Source: Planctomycetales bacterium (lineage in GTDB: Bacteria; 4484-113; JAFGCY01). From it: a stretch of 32,000 nt of DNA. The notes beneath the pieces were generated by a model. That model saw only the letters and a list, made by a program, of their open reading frames with translations, searched no databases and was not told where the DNA came from. This document shows positions 24,348 through 32,000 of this stretch, piece by piece (position 1 is the stretch's first letter; every line of letters starts with the position of its first letter). The position numbers and the translations under genes were made by a program. Location of the stretch: NCBI GenBank assembly GCA_022646745.1, contig CP060262.1:1110001-1142000 (forward strand), in the 5' to 3' direction.

Positions 24348-25475
24348 TCAGCCTTCGATCATTTCAATGTTGGCGCGGGGCACCACGATCTTCTCCCCGC
24401 CATCAAATTCCACCTCAAGCACGCGGACCATCGTCTCGCTCTCGACCTTGGTCAGCTCCGGGATCAGCTTGCCGACGCGGCCGATGCGGCCGAAGTAGGG
24501 CTCGCGGATGCAGCGCACCATCGCGCCGATGTCCGTGCCGACGTTCTGCTGCGCTTCCTGCTGAGCGCCGACGGCACCGGTGGTCGGGATGATCACCTCG
24601 GGGCGCATCACGCCCGCGCGGATCTGGGTGGCACCGCTGATGCTGGTGCGCTGGCCCTCCCGCTTCTTCAGCAGGTTGAAGGTCTTGTCCGCCATCGCGA
24701 TCTCGCCGAAGCCCTCGGTCATCACGAGGGTCAGCCCGATCTCCTCGGAGCCGGTGATCGCCACGCCGAGGTCGTAACCGAGGATCGCCTTCAGGTCCTT
24801 GTCATGGAAACCGCCGACGATCACTCCCTTCACGCCGACCTGCTTGCACTTCTCGAATGCCGCGGAGGTCAGCAGGCTGCCGCCGACGACGATCCTGTTC
24901 TGGAATTCAGCCTTGATGTGCTGCTCGTCAAGGATCTCGTCCTTGGAGGAGACGCCCATCACCAAGTCGCCGTGCGTCTCTCCTCCCACGCCGAAGATGC
25001 CCTGCACGAAGCTGCCGTGGGCCTCGACGGAAGCGCCCTCTCCGGGACGCACTTCCACCACCTTGCCATCCACGTAGGCCTGCATCTCAACAAGGCGGGG
25101 CGGATAGCGCAGGATCACCTGCCCGGTCACGTCGGAAACGTTGTCCACCGTGCCGTCGAAATCCACGGTGATGCGGGTCTGGAGGAACTTCAGGCCCAGG
25201 AAGGGCTTGTTCTCCGCGATCACCTCGCCGGCGGTGAACGAGTCACCTGGCTTCTTGAGCATGTAGTCATTGATCATGCCCGGGTCCACGCCCAGCATGT
25301 TCACGACGTTGAGGGTCTTTACCGGTCCGGGGAGTTCAGTGCGTGCAACGACCTGCTCAGCCTTGACCGTGTCGCCTTCCTTGACGAGCACATCTCCCTT
25401 CAGCGGGAGGATACGATCCTTGCGGATCGTGGTTAGTTCAGTGACCTTCAGGCCTGGTACGTATGCATGCGCCAC
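24348..25475 (-). CDS. Operon gene 1: soluble protein with an N-terminal barrel-sandwich (lipoyl/biotinyl-like hybrid) motif and a C-terminal KOW-like segment, function unknown
   Basis: GTG start 11 nt after GGAGGA. PLKGDVLVKEGDTVKAEQVVA resembles the hybrid-motif hairpin. The C-terminus is GRIGRVGKLIPELTKVESETMVRVLEVEFDGGEKIVVPRANIE. There is no Walker A motif. Confidence 0.75.
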   Translation of the reverse strand: MAHAYVPGLKVTELTTIRKDRILPLKGDVLVKEGDTVKAEQVVARTELPGPVKTLNVVNMLGVDPGMINDYMLKKPGDSFTAGEVIAENKPFLGLKFLQTRITVDFDGTVDNVSDVTGQVILRYPPRLVEMQAYVDGKVVEVRPGEGASVEAHGSFVQGIFGVGGETHGDLVMGVSSKDEILDEQHIKAEFQNRIVVGGSLLTSAAFEKCKQVGVKGVIVGGFHDKDLKAILGYDLGVAITGSEEIGLTLVMTEGFGEIAMADKTFNLLKKREGQRTSISGATQIRAGVMRPEVIIPTTGAVGAQQEAQQNVGTDIGAMVRCIREPYFGRIGRVGKLIPELTKVESETMVRVLEVEFDGGEKIVVPRANIEMIEG

Positions 25476-25639
25476 TTGGGTGCCGTCCTCCGGTTTCCCC
25501 GCATGGCGGGGGTTAAGTTTGAGTTACCTATAATAAACCAAAAGCCCGAATAGGTCACTACCCGGCAATCCCCTCACACTTTATCTGACTGCGCCATGGC
25601 CTGTGCCGTGACATCACCTGCGTTGCAAGCAGGGAAAGC

Positions 25640-25668
25640 AAAAAGGCCCCCGCCGTGGCAGGGGCCTC
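25640..25668 (-). terminator. Rho-independent terminator of the 25691-26320 gene
   Basis: The minus strand reads AGGCCCCTGCCACGGCGGGGGCCT followed by TTTTGC. Confidence 0.75.
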
Positions 25669-25690
25669 CAGTTGCAGATCAGGCGGGGAA

Positions 25691-26320
25691 CTAGTCCTCG
25701 TCGCCGAAGTCGTCGTCATCGTCCATTGCGGCGGCCGGAGCAGCGGCAGCGGAAGCAGCAGCCGGGGCGCCACCACCGATGGACCAGTCGTAGATGTACC
25801 AGTTGGCGATCATCGCCAGCGGGACAGTGATCAGTGCACCGATGCCGAACACCGCGCCACCGAGGCCGGAGACGATCATCGTCAGCAGCAGGGGCACGAA
25901 GACCAGGCCGAGGTTGTCCTTCACGTAGTTGAAGCTTTCCTTGGCGGCATCGAAGGCAGCCATGTCACGCTCCAGCATCAGCGGGACCATGAAGGCCAGC
26001 ACGAAGGGGATCACGATGGAGGCCAGTCCAAAGGTGACCACGCTGGCAAGGCCGGCCACCAGGGCAACGACCCAGACCATGAACCACTTGCCGAAGTTGG
26101 AGAACTCGGAAAAGAGGTCGCCGAAGTCAGCGGTGCCACCCTGCTGCACCCTGCGCATCGCCTTGACAATACCCACGAACACGGGAATGCCGGCAATACC
26201 GGCGGTGAAACCCGCGAGAAGGGATCCGACGAGACTTCCAACCACGACGACTATGATGCTGGAAACGAGGTTTGCGGAAAACCTGTTCCATGATTCCGAG
26301 AAAAGTTTGCCGATGTCCAT
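25691..26320 (-). CDS. Polytopic membrane protein with an Ala-rich and then poly-acidic C-terminal tail
   Basis: The ORF is open to 26455, but GGAG lies 7 nt upstream of ATG 26320 and the protein then starts MDIGKLFSESWNRF. It has 4-5 hydrophobic segments and the tail GGGAPAAASAAAAPAAAMDDDDDFGDED. Confidence 0.65.
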   Translation of the reverse strand: MDIGKLFSESWNRFSANLVSSIIVVVVGSLVGSLLAGFTAGIAGIPVFVGIVKAMRRVQQGGTADFGDLFSEFSNFGKWFMVWVVALVAGLASVVTFGLASIVIPFVLAFMVPLMLERDMAAFDAAKESFNYVKDNLGLVFVPLLLTMIVSGLGGAVFGIGALITVPLAMIANWYIYDWSIGGGAPAAASAAAAPAAAMDDDDDFGDED

Positions 26321-26523
26321 CAGTGGCTCCTCAAATGAGATTGTAAGTACGTCCAGGTCTTCTGCTGCAGGTACCAACCATTGGCCCAGCGACCGCCGGC
26401 TTCCTGCGCCGCGACCTGAATTGGACTCCAGGGTATTGAAAGGCTGATTATACATTTATTCCAAATCCGGTCAAACATGATCCGGATTCAGCCGGCAAAT
26501 CCACACGGTCCGCACACATGCTG

Positions 26524-27969
26524 TCAGGGGCGCCTGTCAACGATGCGCTTTTCCTTGCTCATCGTTTCCATGCCAAGTTCCACACTCATCTCCTCATGGC
26601 TGTAGAAGCGGATCTCGTCGATGCCGATCTCGGTCTGGATCTTGAACTTGGTCTGGATCGCCTTCTCGAAGTCCTGCTGGTTGCAGCCATCATGCAGGGC
26701 CACCAGCAGCTGCACCTGGTCCTGGCCGAATTCATTGCCTTCCGGCTTGCTGACCACCATCTGCCATTCGATGATCTCCCGCTCGGCATTGAACAGATTG
26801 AACAGCTCATTGAAGTCCACCAGTGTGCCTTTGACCTTCTTGATCTCGCTCACACGCGTGATGCTGGTGCCGAGCATCGGCAGCATCTTCCCGGTATGCG
26901 GGCACTGGCCGTATACAAGCCCTTCCTTGACGAGGTCGCCCGTGCGGTAACGCAGCACGGTGCTGCCGGCCCCGGAAATGTGGGAATAGACCACCTCACC
27001 CGGCTCTCCCTCCGCCACCGGCTTGCCGGTCTGCGGATCCACCACTTCGAAGATTTCCATGTCGGGGTAGGTCAGGTAGCGCGAATCCTCGCTGTCGGCA
27101 CTTTCCAACCAGGCCTTCTTGGCCTCGGTCATGCCATAGGTCACGAGCACTTTCACATTGCTCGCGCCGAGCTTGCCGAGGCGTTCCTTCAGCTTGAGCT
27201 TGTACATCGGCGGCACACGCTCGGCCCCGAGCACCACGATGCGGATCGCACTCATGTCGGTGCCGAGCTGCTCGCCGAGGTGCACGAGGTGCATGATGTA
27301 GCCGGGGGTGCCGATCAGCACGGTCGGCTTGATGCGGCCGATCACGGCGAGGATGCCCTGGCTGCCCATCACCTTACCGCCGCCGGTGTGCATCACCATC
27401 ACGCCGGCCTCGAATCCCATCTCGCTGATCTGCCAGAATCCGAGGTGCGGGGCAAAGGGCATCACACTGACGATGCGGTCCTGCTTGCGGTCGAATCCGC
27501 TGACCTCGAACATCCGGGCGCCGGCCAGGCGCAGCTGCTGCATGTCGGCCTTTGTGTAGACGAAGGGAGTCGGCAGGGCCGTGCGGCCGGTGGTGAAGGT
27601 AGTCATCACAGGCAGGTACTCGTCCAGCACGATATCCTTGATGCTCTTGCCCTCGCGCTTGGCCCGGGTCACCAGGCCGATCTTGTCGAACAGGCCGAGG
27701 CTCTGCTTGAGCTTCGCCTCATCCGGCTGGATGATGAAGTCGCGGAAGCGCGCCGGGTTCTCCTCTGTGCTGGCAATGTCCTTCTTGTAGGTGAAGGGCA
27801 GCTTCTGCAGGTCCTCCAGCGTGCGCAGGCTGTCCGGGTTGAGGCCGGCCTCATCCAGCACCCTGCGGTAATGCGGGCAGAACGGATAGACCTTGTTCGC
27901 CACGAACTGGTGCAGCTTCCTGCCCTGCCGCTCACGGATCTCGCCAATCGGTACGTTTCCCCATGCCAT
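26524..27969 (-). CDS. Adenylate-forming enzyme of the phenylacetate-CoA ligase (PaaK) / coenzyme F390 synthetase-like family
   Basis: N-terminus has LHQFVANKVYPFCPHYRRVLDEAGLNPDSLRTLEDLQKLPFTYKKDI. Core motifs are TTGRTALPT, GTPGYIMHL, YGMTE and RYRTGD. Confidence 0.8.
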   Translation of the reverse strand: MAWGNVPIGEIRERQGRKLHQFVANKVYPFCPHYRRVLDEAGLNPDSLRTLEDLQKLPFTYKKDIASTEENPARFRDFIIQPDEAKLKQSLGLFDKIGLVTRAKREGKSIKDIVLDEYLPVMTTFTTGRTALPTPFVYTKADMQQLRLAGARMFEVSGFDRKQDRIVSVMPFAPHLGFWQISEMGFEAGVMVMHTGGGKVMGSQGILAVIGRIKPTVLIGTPGYIMHLVHLGEQLGTDMSAIRIVVLGAERVPPMYKLKLKERLGKLGASNVKVLVTYGMTEAKKAWLESADSEDSRYLTYPDMEIFEVVDPQTGKPVAEGEPGEVVYSHISGAGSTVLRYRTGDLVKEGLVYGQCPHTGKMLPMLGTSITRVSEIKKVKGTLVDFNELFNLFNAEREIIEWQMVVSKPEGNEFGQDQVQLLVALHDGCNQQDFEKAIQTKFKIQTEIGIDEIRFYSHEEMSVELGMETMSKEKRIVDRRP

Positions 27970-28036
27970 GCTTCTATTCTACGGGAAAAGCAGGCCCGCA
28001 CAGGATGCGACTGCCGGTATCACCTAGAATTCCCCG

Positions 28037-29308
28037 GTGAAGCACTTCCTTACCCTCACCTGTGTTGCCAGCCTGCTGCTGCTCAGCGCCTGCCCGCAGG
28101 ACCAGGCACAACAGTCCGGCACGCAATCTGGAATGGACCCGCTCGAAAACGCTGGCGATGAGGTCGGACCGCAGCCGGATGGCGTGGTGGTGCTGGAAAG
28201 CCCCCTGTGGTCCGTTGAATGGGACGGGGAAGCGCATGGCCTGTCCTTGCCGGAGTTCAGCGAGCTGCTGCTCAATGAGGGCGCTGCTGCACTGCTCGGC
28301 CGGGCGGACTTCAGTGGCTTCGAAACCCGCGCGGAATCAGAGAGCGGCCCGGAGGGCGAGGAGCCGATCGCAATCTGGCTGCTGCCGGAGGACACCACCC
28401 CCGTCGGCTTCAGCGCGCAGCTCGTGGCTTTCGGTGAAGGACGGCGGTTGATCTTCGGCTTCAGCGCCGCCTGGTACGCCGCCAATTTCGGGACGACGCC
28501 GGATGAACTGGACACGCAGTTCCGCAGCATGCATGAAGAGCATGGCGGGGCGGTGCGCAACTACGCCTACCTCGACCCGGACTTCGACGTGAGCTTCTTC
28601 CAGTTTGACTTTGGCAACGACGGCAGTGGAGCCTGGGGCAGCCCCTACATGACGCACAAGCGCTTCACGATGCATGGCGACATCCCCGAATGGAACTTCT
28701 ACTGCATCGGCATCGATGCCGGTGCCACACTGGCAACGCGCCGGGAGTTCATTGCTGAGGCACATGACCAGTCCATGCCTGACCGCACACTACCGGAGGG
28801 GATTGGCAACGAAGCCGGGCCGGACAGGCTGTTGTCACTCTGCGCAGCAGGCAGCAGCGAAATCCTCAGTGAGCTGGGGATCGATCCGGCTTCGGGAAAT
28901 CGCAGTGAGGGCTTCAGCCTGGCCCGCGTGCTCAGGCCACGCACGCAGCTGATGGGCTACACCGGCCAGCTTGAGGATGGCTACCCGCAGTATGAGCTGC
29001 TGCTGGCGGAGAACAGCCTGGTGCAGCAGCTCAGCTTCACCGACAGCTGGCTCGGGCAGCAGGGAATGGCAACGGATGTCTTCGTTGCCCGTTTCGAGGA
29101 ATTGTCAGCGAGCTTTGCAGGCTGGCGGAAGGAACCAGACACGGCGGCCGGTACCGAGATGCGGGACAGCGGCGTGATCATTGGCAACTGGGAGCTCTCG
29201 CGCCGGCAATTCAGCCTGGAAGGTGGGGGATATACGTCTTCATGGGCGATCCGGCCACTGCTGGAGGATGACGGGGAGCAAGAGCCAGCAGAAGGAGAGG
29301 CCGGCTAG
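28037..29308 (+). CDS. Hypothetical lipoprotein
   Basis: GTG start and lipobox MKHFLTLTCVASLLLLSAC. 423 aa with no recognisable motifs. Confidence 0.65.
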   Translation: MKHFLTLTCVASLLLLSACPQDQAQQSGTQSGMDPLENAGDEVGPQPDGVVVLESPLWSVEWDGEAHGLSLPEFSELLLNEGAAALLGRADFSGFETRAESESGPEGEEPIAIWLLPEDTTPVGFSAQLVAFGEGRRLIFGFSAAWYAANFGTTPDELDTQFRSMHEEHGGAVRNYAYLDPDFDVSFFQFDFGNDGSGAWGSPYMTHKRFTMHGDIPEWNFYCIGIDAGATLATRREFIAEAHDQSMPDRTLPEGIGNEAGPDRLLSLCAAGSSEILSELGIDPASGNRSEGFSLARVLRPRTQLMGYTGQLEDGYPQYELLLAENSLVQQLSFTDSWLGQQGMATDVFVARFEELSASFAGWRKEPDTAAGTEMRDSGVIIGNWELSRRQFSLEGGGYTSSWAIRPLLEDDGEQEPAEGEAG

Positions 29309-29310
29309 CT

Positions 29311-30300
29311 TCAGTTGCTGGCAACGCTGGCGGGCAGGGCCTCCAGCACCTTGCGCTCGATTTCCTCGAGCTCATCCATCCATTCCGGGTTGCGCACCTC
29401 ATCCGCCAGCCGCAGGGCGACCGTGCGGGCCTGACTGATGAAGTCCCGCACGGCATCCATCGAGAACTGGATGCTGCCGCCGGAGAACAGGTGCGCCTTG
29501 ATGGCGTCCGCATCCTCCTGGGCATGGGTCTCCTGGTAGCGCTCGGCAAGCTGCTGGGTGCGCGGCGCATCCTGCATCAGCGAGTGCACCAGCGCAAGCG
29601 TGATGCGGCCCTCGCGCAGGTCGCTCATCACCGGCTTGCCAGTGCTTTCCTCATCCTGGGTCAGGTCCAGCAGGTCGTCCACGATCTGGAAGGCCAAGCC
29701 CAGCAGGCGGCCATATTCCGCTGCCAGCTTGATCTGCCTGTCTTCCGCGCCACCGAGGTAGGCGCCCATCGCGCAGCAGAGGCTGAACAGCACGGCGGTC
29801 TTCAGGTGGATCACGCCGTAGTACTTCTCAACGCTTAAGCGGAAGTTGTTGCGGTTGAGCACTTCCTCGATCACCCCGAGGCCGAGCTCCTGGCTGGTGT
29901 CAAGCAGCATCTCAGTCAGGTTGAAGTCACGCTCGAGGTTGAGGCTCTTCAGCACAAGCGCCAGCACGTAGTCGCCGACGATCACCGCCACCTCATTGCC
30001 GAACATGCTGTTGAGCGTGAGGTTGCCGCGGCGCGTATGCGCCTCGTCGATGATGTCATCGTGGATCAGGGTGGCGGTATGCAGAAGCTCGCAGCAGGCG
30101 GAGCAGTTGATCGCACTCGAGAATTCGGAGCCGCCGAAGATCTCGGCGAAGCTGATCAGCATCCGCGGGCGCAGGCGCTTGCCTCGCGACTTGGAGATCT
30201 CCGTCACGTAACGGGTGACCAGCTGGTCGGAATCGGCGAGTATCTCGCTGATCCGCTCCTCCACGAGGTCGATGTAGTTGTTCAGCTGCTCAGCCCGCAT
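29311..30300 (-). CDS. Polyprenyl diphosphate synthase (trans-isoprenyl diphosphate synthase family, long-chain type likely)
   Basis: First DDxxD region LHTATLIHDDIIDE and second FQIVDDLLD. 329 aa. Confidence 0.9.
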   Translation of the reverse strand: MRAEQLNNYIDLVEERISEILADSDQLVTRYVTEISKSRGKRLRPRMLISFAEIFGGSEFSSAINCSACCELLHTATLIHDDIIDEAHTRRGNLTLNSMFGNEVAVIVGDYVLALVLKSLNLERDFNLTEMLLDTSQELGLGVIEEVLNRNNFRLSVEKYYGVIHLKTAVLFSLCCAMGAYLGGAEDRQIKLAAEYGRLLGLAFQIVDDLLDLTQDEESTGKPVMSDLREGRITLALVHSLMQDAPRTQQLAERYQETHAQEDADAIKAHLFSGGSIQFSMDAVRDFISQARTVALRLADEVRNPEWMDELEEIERKVLEALPASVASN

Positions 30301-30301
30301 G

Positions 30302-31813
30302 CTAACCAGCTGTGAGTATAGCGTGTATCCGCTTCTTGAGCCCCTTCAGCCCGCCACCGCGGGCACCGCTCACGAGCAGCATCGCCTGGCCATCCTCCAC
30401 ACGTACATTCACCTTGTGGAACGGCACGTACAGCGCCACTCCGATGCCGATGATCATCAGGATCCAGCCGAGGTAAAGCATCGGCATGCCCGGATCACGC
30501 TTGTAGGAGAAGATCGAGAAGTTCTGGATGCGGTCGGCCAGCTTCAGCTCGACCCACTGGCCGTCCATGCTGACCTTGAAGCCTTTCTCGGTATCAAGGA
30601 TCTGGTCGCTGACTTCGTTCGTCATCAGGTTGTGCTTGTGCACGACCGTCATCGGGCCGAGGTGGCGGTCCAGCTTGCCGTCGATGTAGAGGTCGCCGGC
30701 CTTGACCTTCTCCAGCAGGAATGCGGTGTCCGTGCGGCCGACGGCATCCTCGGCGCGGGCCAGGCGCGGATTGCCGGCCATGTCCGGGATGATGCCGATC
30801 CACATCTCGGCCGGCACCAGCTCCTCGGTGGTCTTGCCATCCACCGTCATCGAAAGGAAGCCGCTCTGCTCGTAGCCGCTCTGGAACAGCATCAGCTTGT
30901 CAATCACCAGCGGGTGGTTGACAATCACCTCGGCGCTGACGGTCTGGCCGTTGCGCTCGGCGGTCAGGGTTGAGACATAGTCCTTGACGAAGTAGTGGCT
31001 GTACTCCTGGAAGTCGTCACTGTACTCCTCGTCGTTCTGCAGCACGGTCGGCAGGATCAGCTTGCGGCCGTAGTCAATCCGGAAGCGGTCCTGGCTGAGC
31101 TGGTAGTCGCGCTTGGGCAGGCCATTGAGGAACCACTTGACCAGCGGGTGCTTGCCGGCGGCCACATCGAGCGTAAGCGTCTGCTGCTCGCCGTCCGCCA
31201 TGCGCACATTGCCCTTGTTGCCAAAGATGCTGCCGTAGATGCCGCCGAACAGCAGCACGAGCACTGCCACGTGCAGCACCACCATGCCCCAGCGCTGGTA
31301 GAAACCACGGTCGCCGTAGATGCAGCGCGCACCCTTGTCGTCCGTCTCCTCGACCACGCGGAAGCCTTCGTCACGCAGAAGCTTCGCCACATCCGCAGCC
31401 GGTGCATCCTTTTCCACATCGAATTCGATGGCACGGCGGTCGGCCCGGTAGAAGCCGGCACCACGCTTCACCGCAGGGGTCTTCCACTCGCGCATCGTGC
31501 GCTTGAAGCGCGTGATGTTGCAGACCGTGGCGCTGACGCAGAGCCACACGAGCGAGATGAAGAACACCGGTGTGAAGTAGATGTGGTGCAAGCCCAGGAG
31601 GCGGATGATCTCCCAGCGCTGCTCACCGTACTTCTGGATGTACTGCTGGTCGATCGGCATGTTGGACATGCCGCCCACCAGGTGCTCCTGCGGCAGCACG
31701 GTGCCCAAGGCGTTGAGCAGCGCGAGCAGCAGCATTACGTAGATTGCGATCGGCAGGCTGTTCAGCCACTTCCAGAGGAAGTTGAACGGCCCCCAGGTTT
31801 TATGTGCTGCCAT
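30302..31813 (-). CDS. resB: Cytochrome c biogenesis protein ResB/Ccs1 (System II)
   Basis: N-terminus WKWLNSLPIAIYVMLLLALLNALGTVLPQE. The architecture is TM helices, a large extracytoplasmic domain and a C-terminal TM helix (MLYLGWILMIIGIGVALYV). Its stop is 1 nt from the downstream start. Confidence 0.8.
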   Translation of the reverse strand: MAAHKTWGPFNFLWKWLNSLPIAIYVMLLLALLNALGTVLPQEHLVGGMSNMPIDQQYIQKYGEQRWEIIRLLGLHHIYFTPVFFISLVWLCVSATVCNITRFKRTMREWKTPAVKRGAGFYRADRRAIEFDVEKDAPAADVAKLLRDEGFRVVEETDDKGARCIYGDRGFYQRWGMVVLHVAVLVLLFGGIYGSIFGNKGNVRMADGEQQTLTLDVAAGKHPLVKWFLNGLPKRDYQLSQDRFRIDYGRKLILPTVLQNDEEYSDDFQEYSHYFVKDYVSTLTAERNGQTVSAEVIVNHPLVIDKLMLFQSGYEQSGFLSMTVDGKTTEELVPAEMWIGIIPDMAGNPRLARAEDAVGRTDTAFLLEKVKAGDLYIDGKLDRHLGPMTVVHKHNLMTNEVSDQILDTEKGFKVSMDGQWVELKLADRIQNFSIFSYKRDPGMPMLYLGWILMIIGIGVALYVPFHKVNVRVEDGQAMLLVSGARGGGLKGLKKRIHAILTAG

Positions 31814-31816
31814 GGT

Positions 31817-32000
31817 CAGCTCTGCTTGTGCTCAGCAGGAGGCTGTGGGCTGCGCCCCGGAGGAGTCGGATGCAGGCCATCCGATGAACCGGGAGCACCG
31901 CCGCCGACGTGGCGCCGGATGCTGGGGACGATCTCGTCCTCCTCATCCTCAATGTCCTTCAGGTCACGTTTCGGACCCGGCAGGAACAACATCACGATTG
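31817..32000 (-). CDS. 3' end of an unidentified gene that continues beyond the window
   Basis: My manual translation of the minus frame is open for 61 codons to the window edge (...IVMLFLPGPKRDLKDIEDEEDEIVPSIRRHVGGGAPGSS...AEHKQS*). Its stop lies 3 nt before the resB start. Confidence 0.4.

Noticed and set aside
25691-26455. Longer 254-aa version of the membrane protein starting at 26455
   Set aside because: The extra 45 residues are hydrophilic and unstructured-looking, with no SD. The internal ATG at 26320 has GGAG at appropriate spacing and starts right before the first TM segment.
1-32000. tRNA, rRNA, transposase or integrase genes
   Set aside because: I saw no T-loop/acceptor-like GGTTCGAATCC-type signatures or rRNA-like segments in the intergenic regions, and no ORF has transposase or integrase motifs. 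The repeats show no terminal inverted repeats flanking a coding gene.

Overview
High-GC bacterial chromosomal window; hand-counted 60-nt lines give about 65% GC in typical genes, and the phylum cannot be assigned from sequence alone. The main feature is an array of three tandem, same-strand giant flagellin paralogs (904, 903 and 907 aa at 8622-11336, 11816-14527 and 15097-17820). Each has an identical 19-nt Shine-Dalgarno leader and its own intrinsic terminator. Their roughly 630-residue insert appears to sit in a loop inside the N-terminal D1 segment rather than at the canonical D2/D3 position. No flagellar accessory genes are present in the window. Almost every intergenic region downstream of a gene carries an unusual family of long, imperfect palindromic elements built from degenerate 6-7 nt tandem units such as GGGATGN/CATCCCN, GAGCAAT, CAGAAG/CTGNTT and CAGTGGN, with a purine-rich arm first and a pyrimidine-rich arm second. 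One 177-bp unit is tandemly duplicated. A second candidate novel system is a tightly coupled five-gene minus-strand operon (20387-25475). It encodes one soluble and four membrane proteins with no motifs I can assign. The remaining genes are an SLC12/CCC-type cation-chloride cotransporter homolog, two paralogous TlpA-like thioredoxins (CPHC and CQLC), a RimI acetyltransferase and an AT-rich orphan gene in a compositionally foreign block. Also present are a secreted right-handed beta-helix protein, a PaaK-like adenylate-forming ligase, a lipoprotein, and a ResB / polyprenyl-diphosphate-synthase operon tail. I found no rRNA, tRNA, CRISPR array or recognisable transposase.
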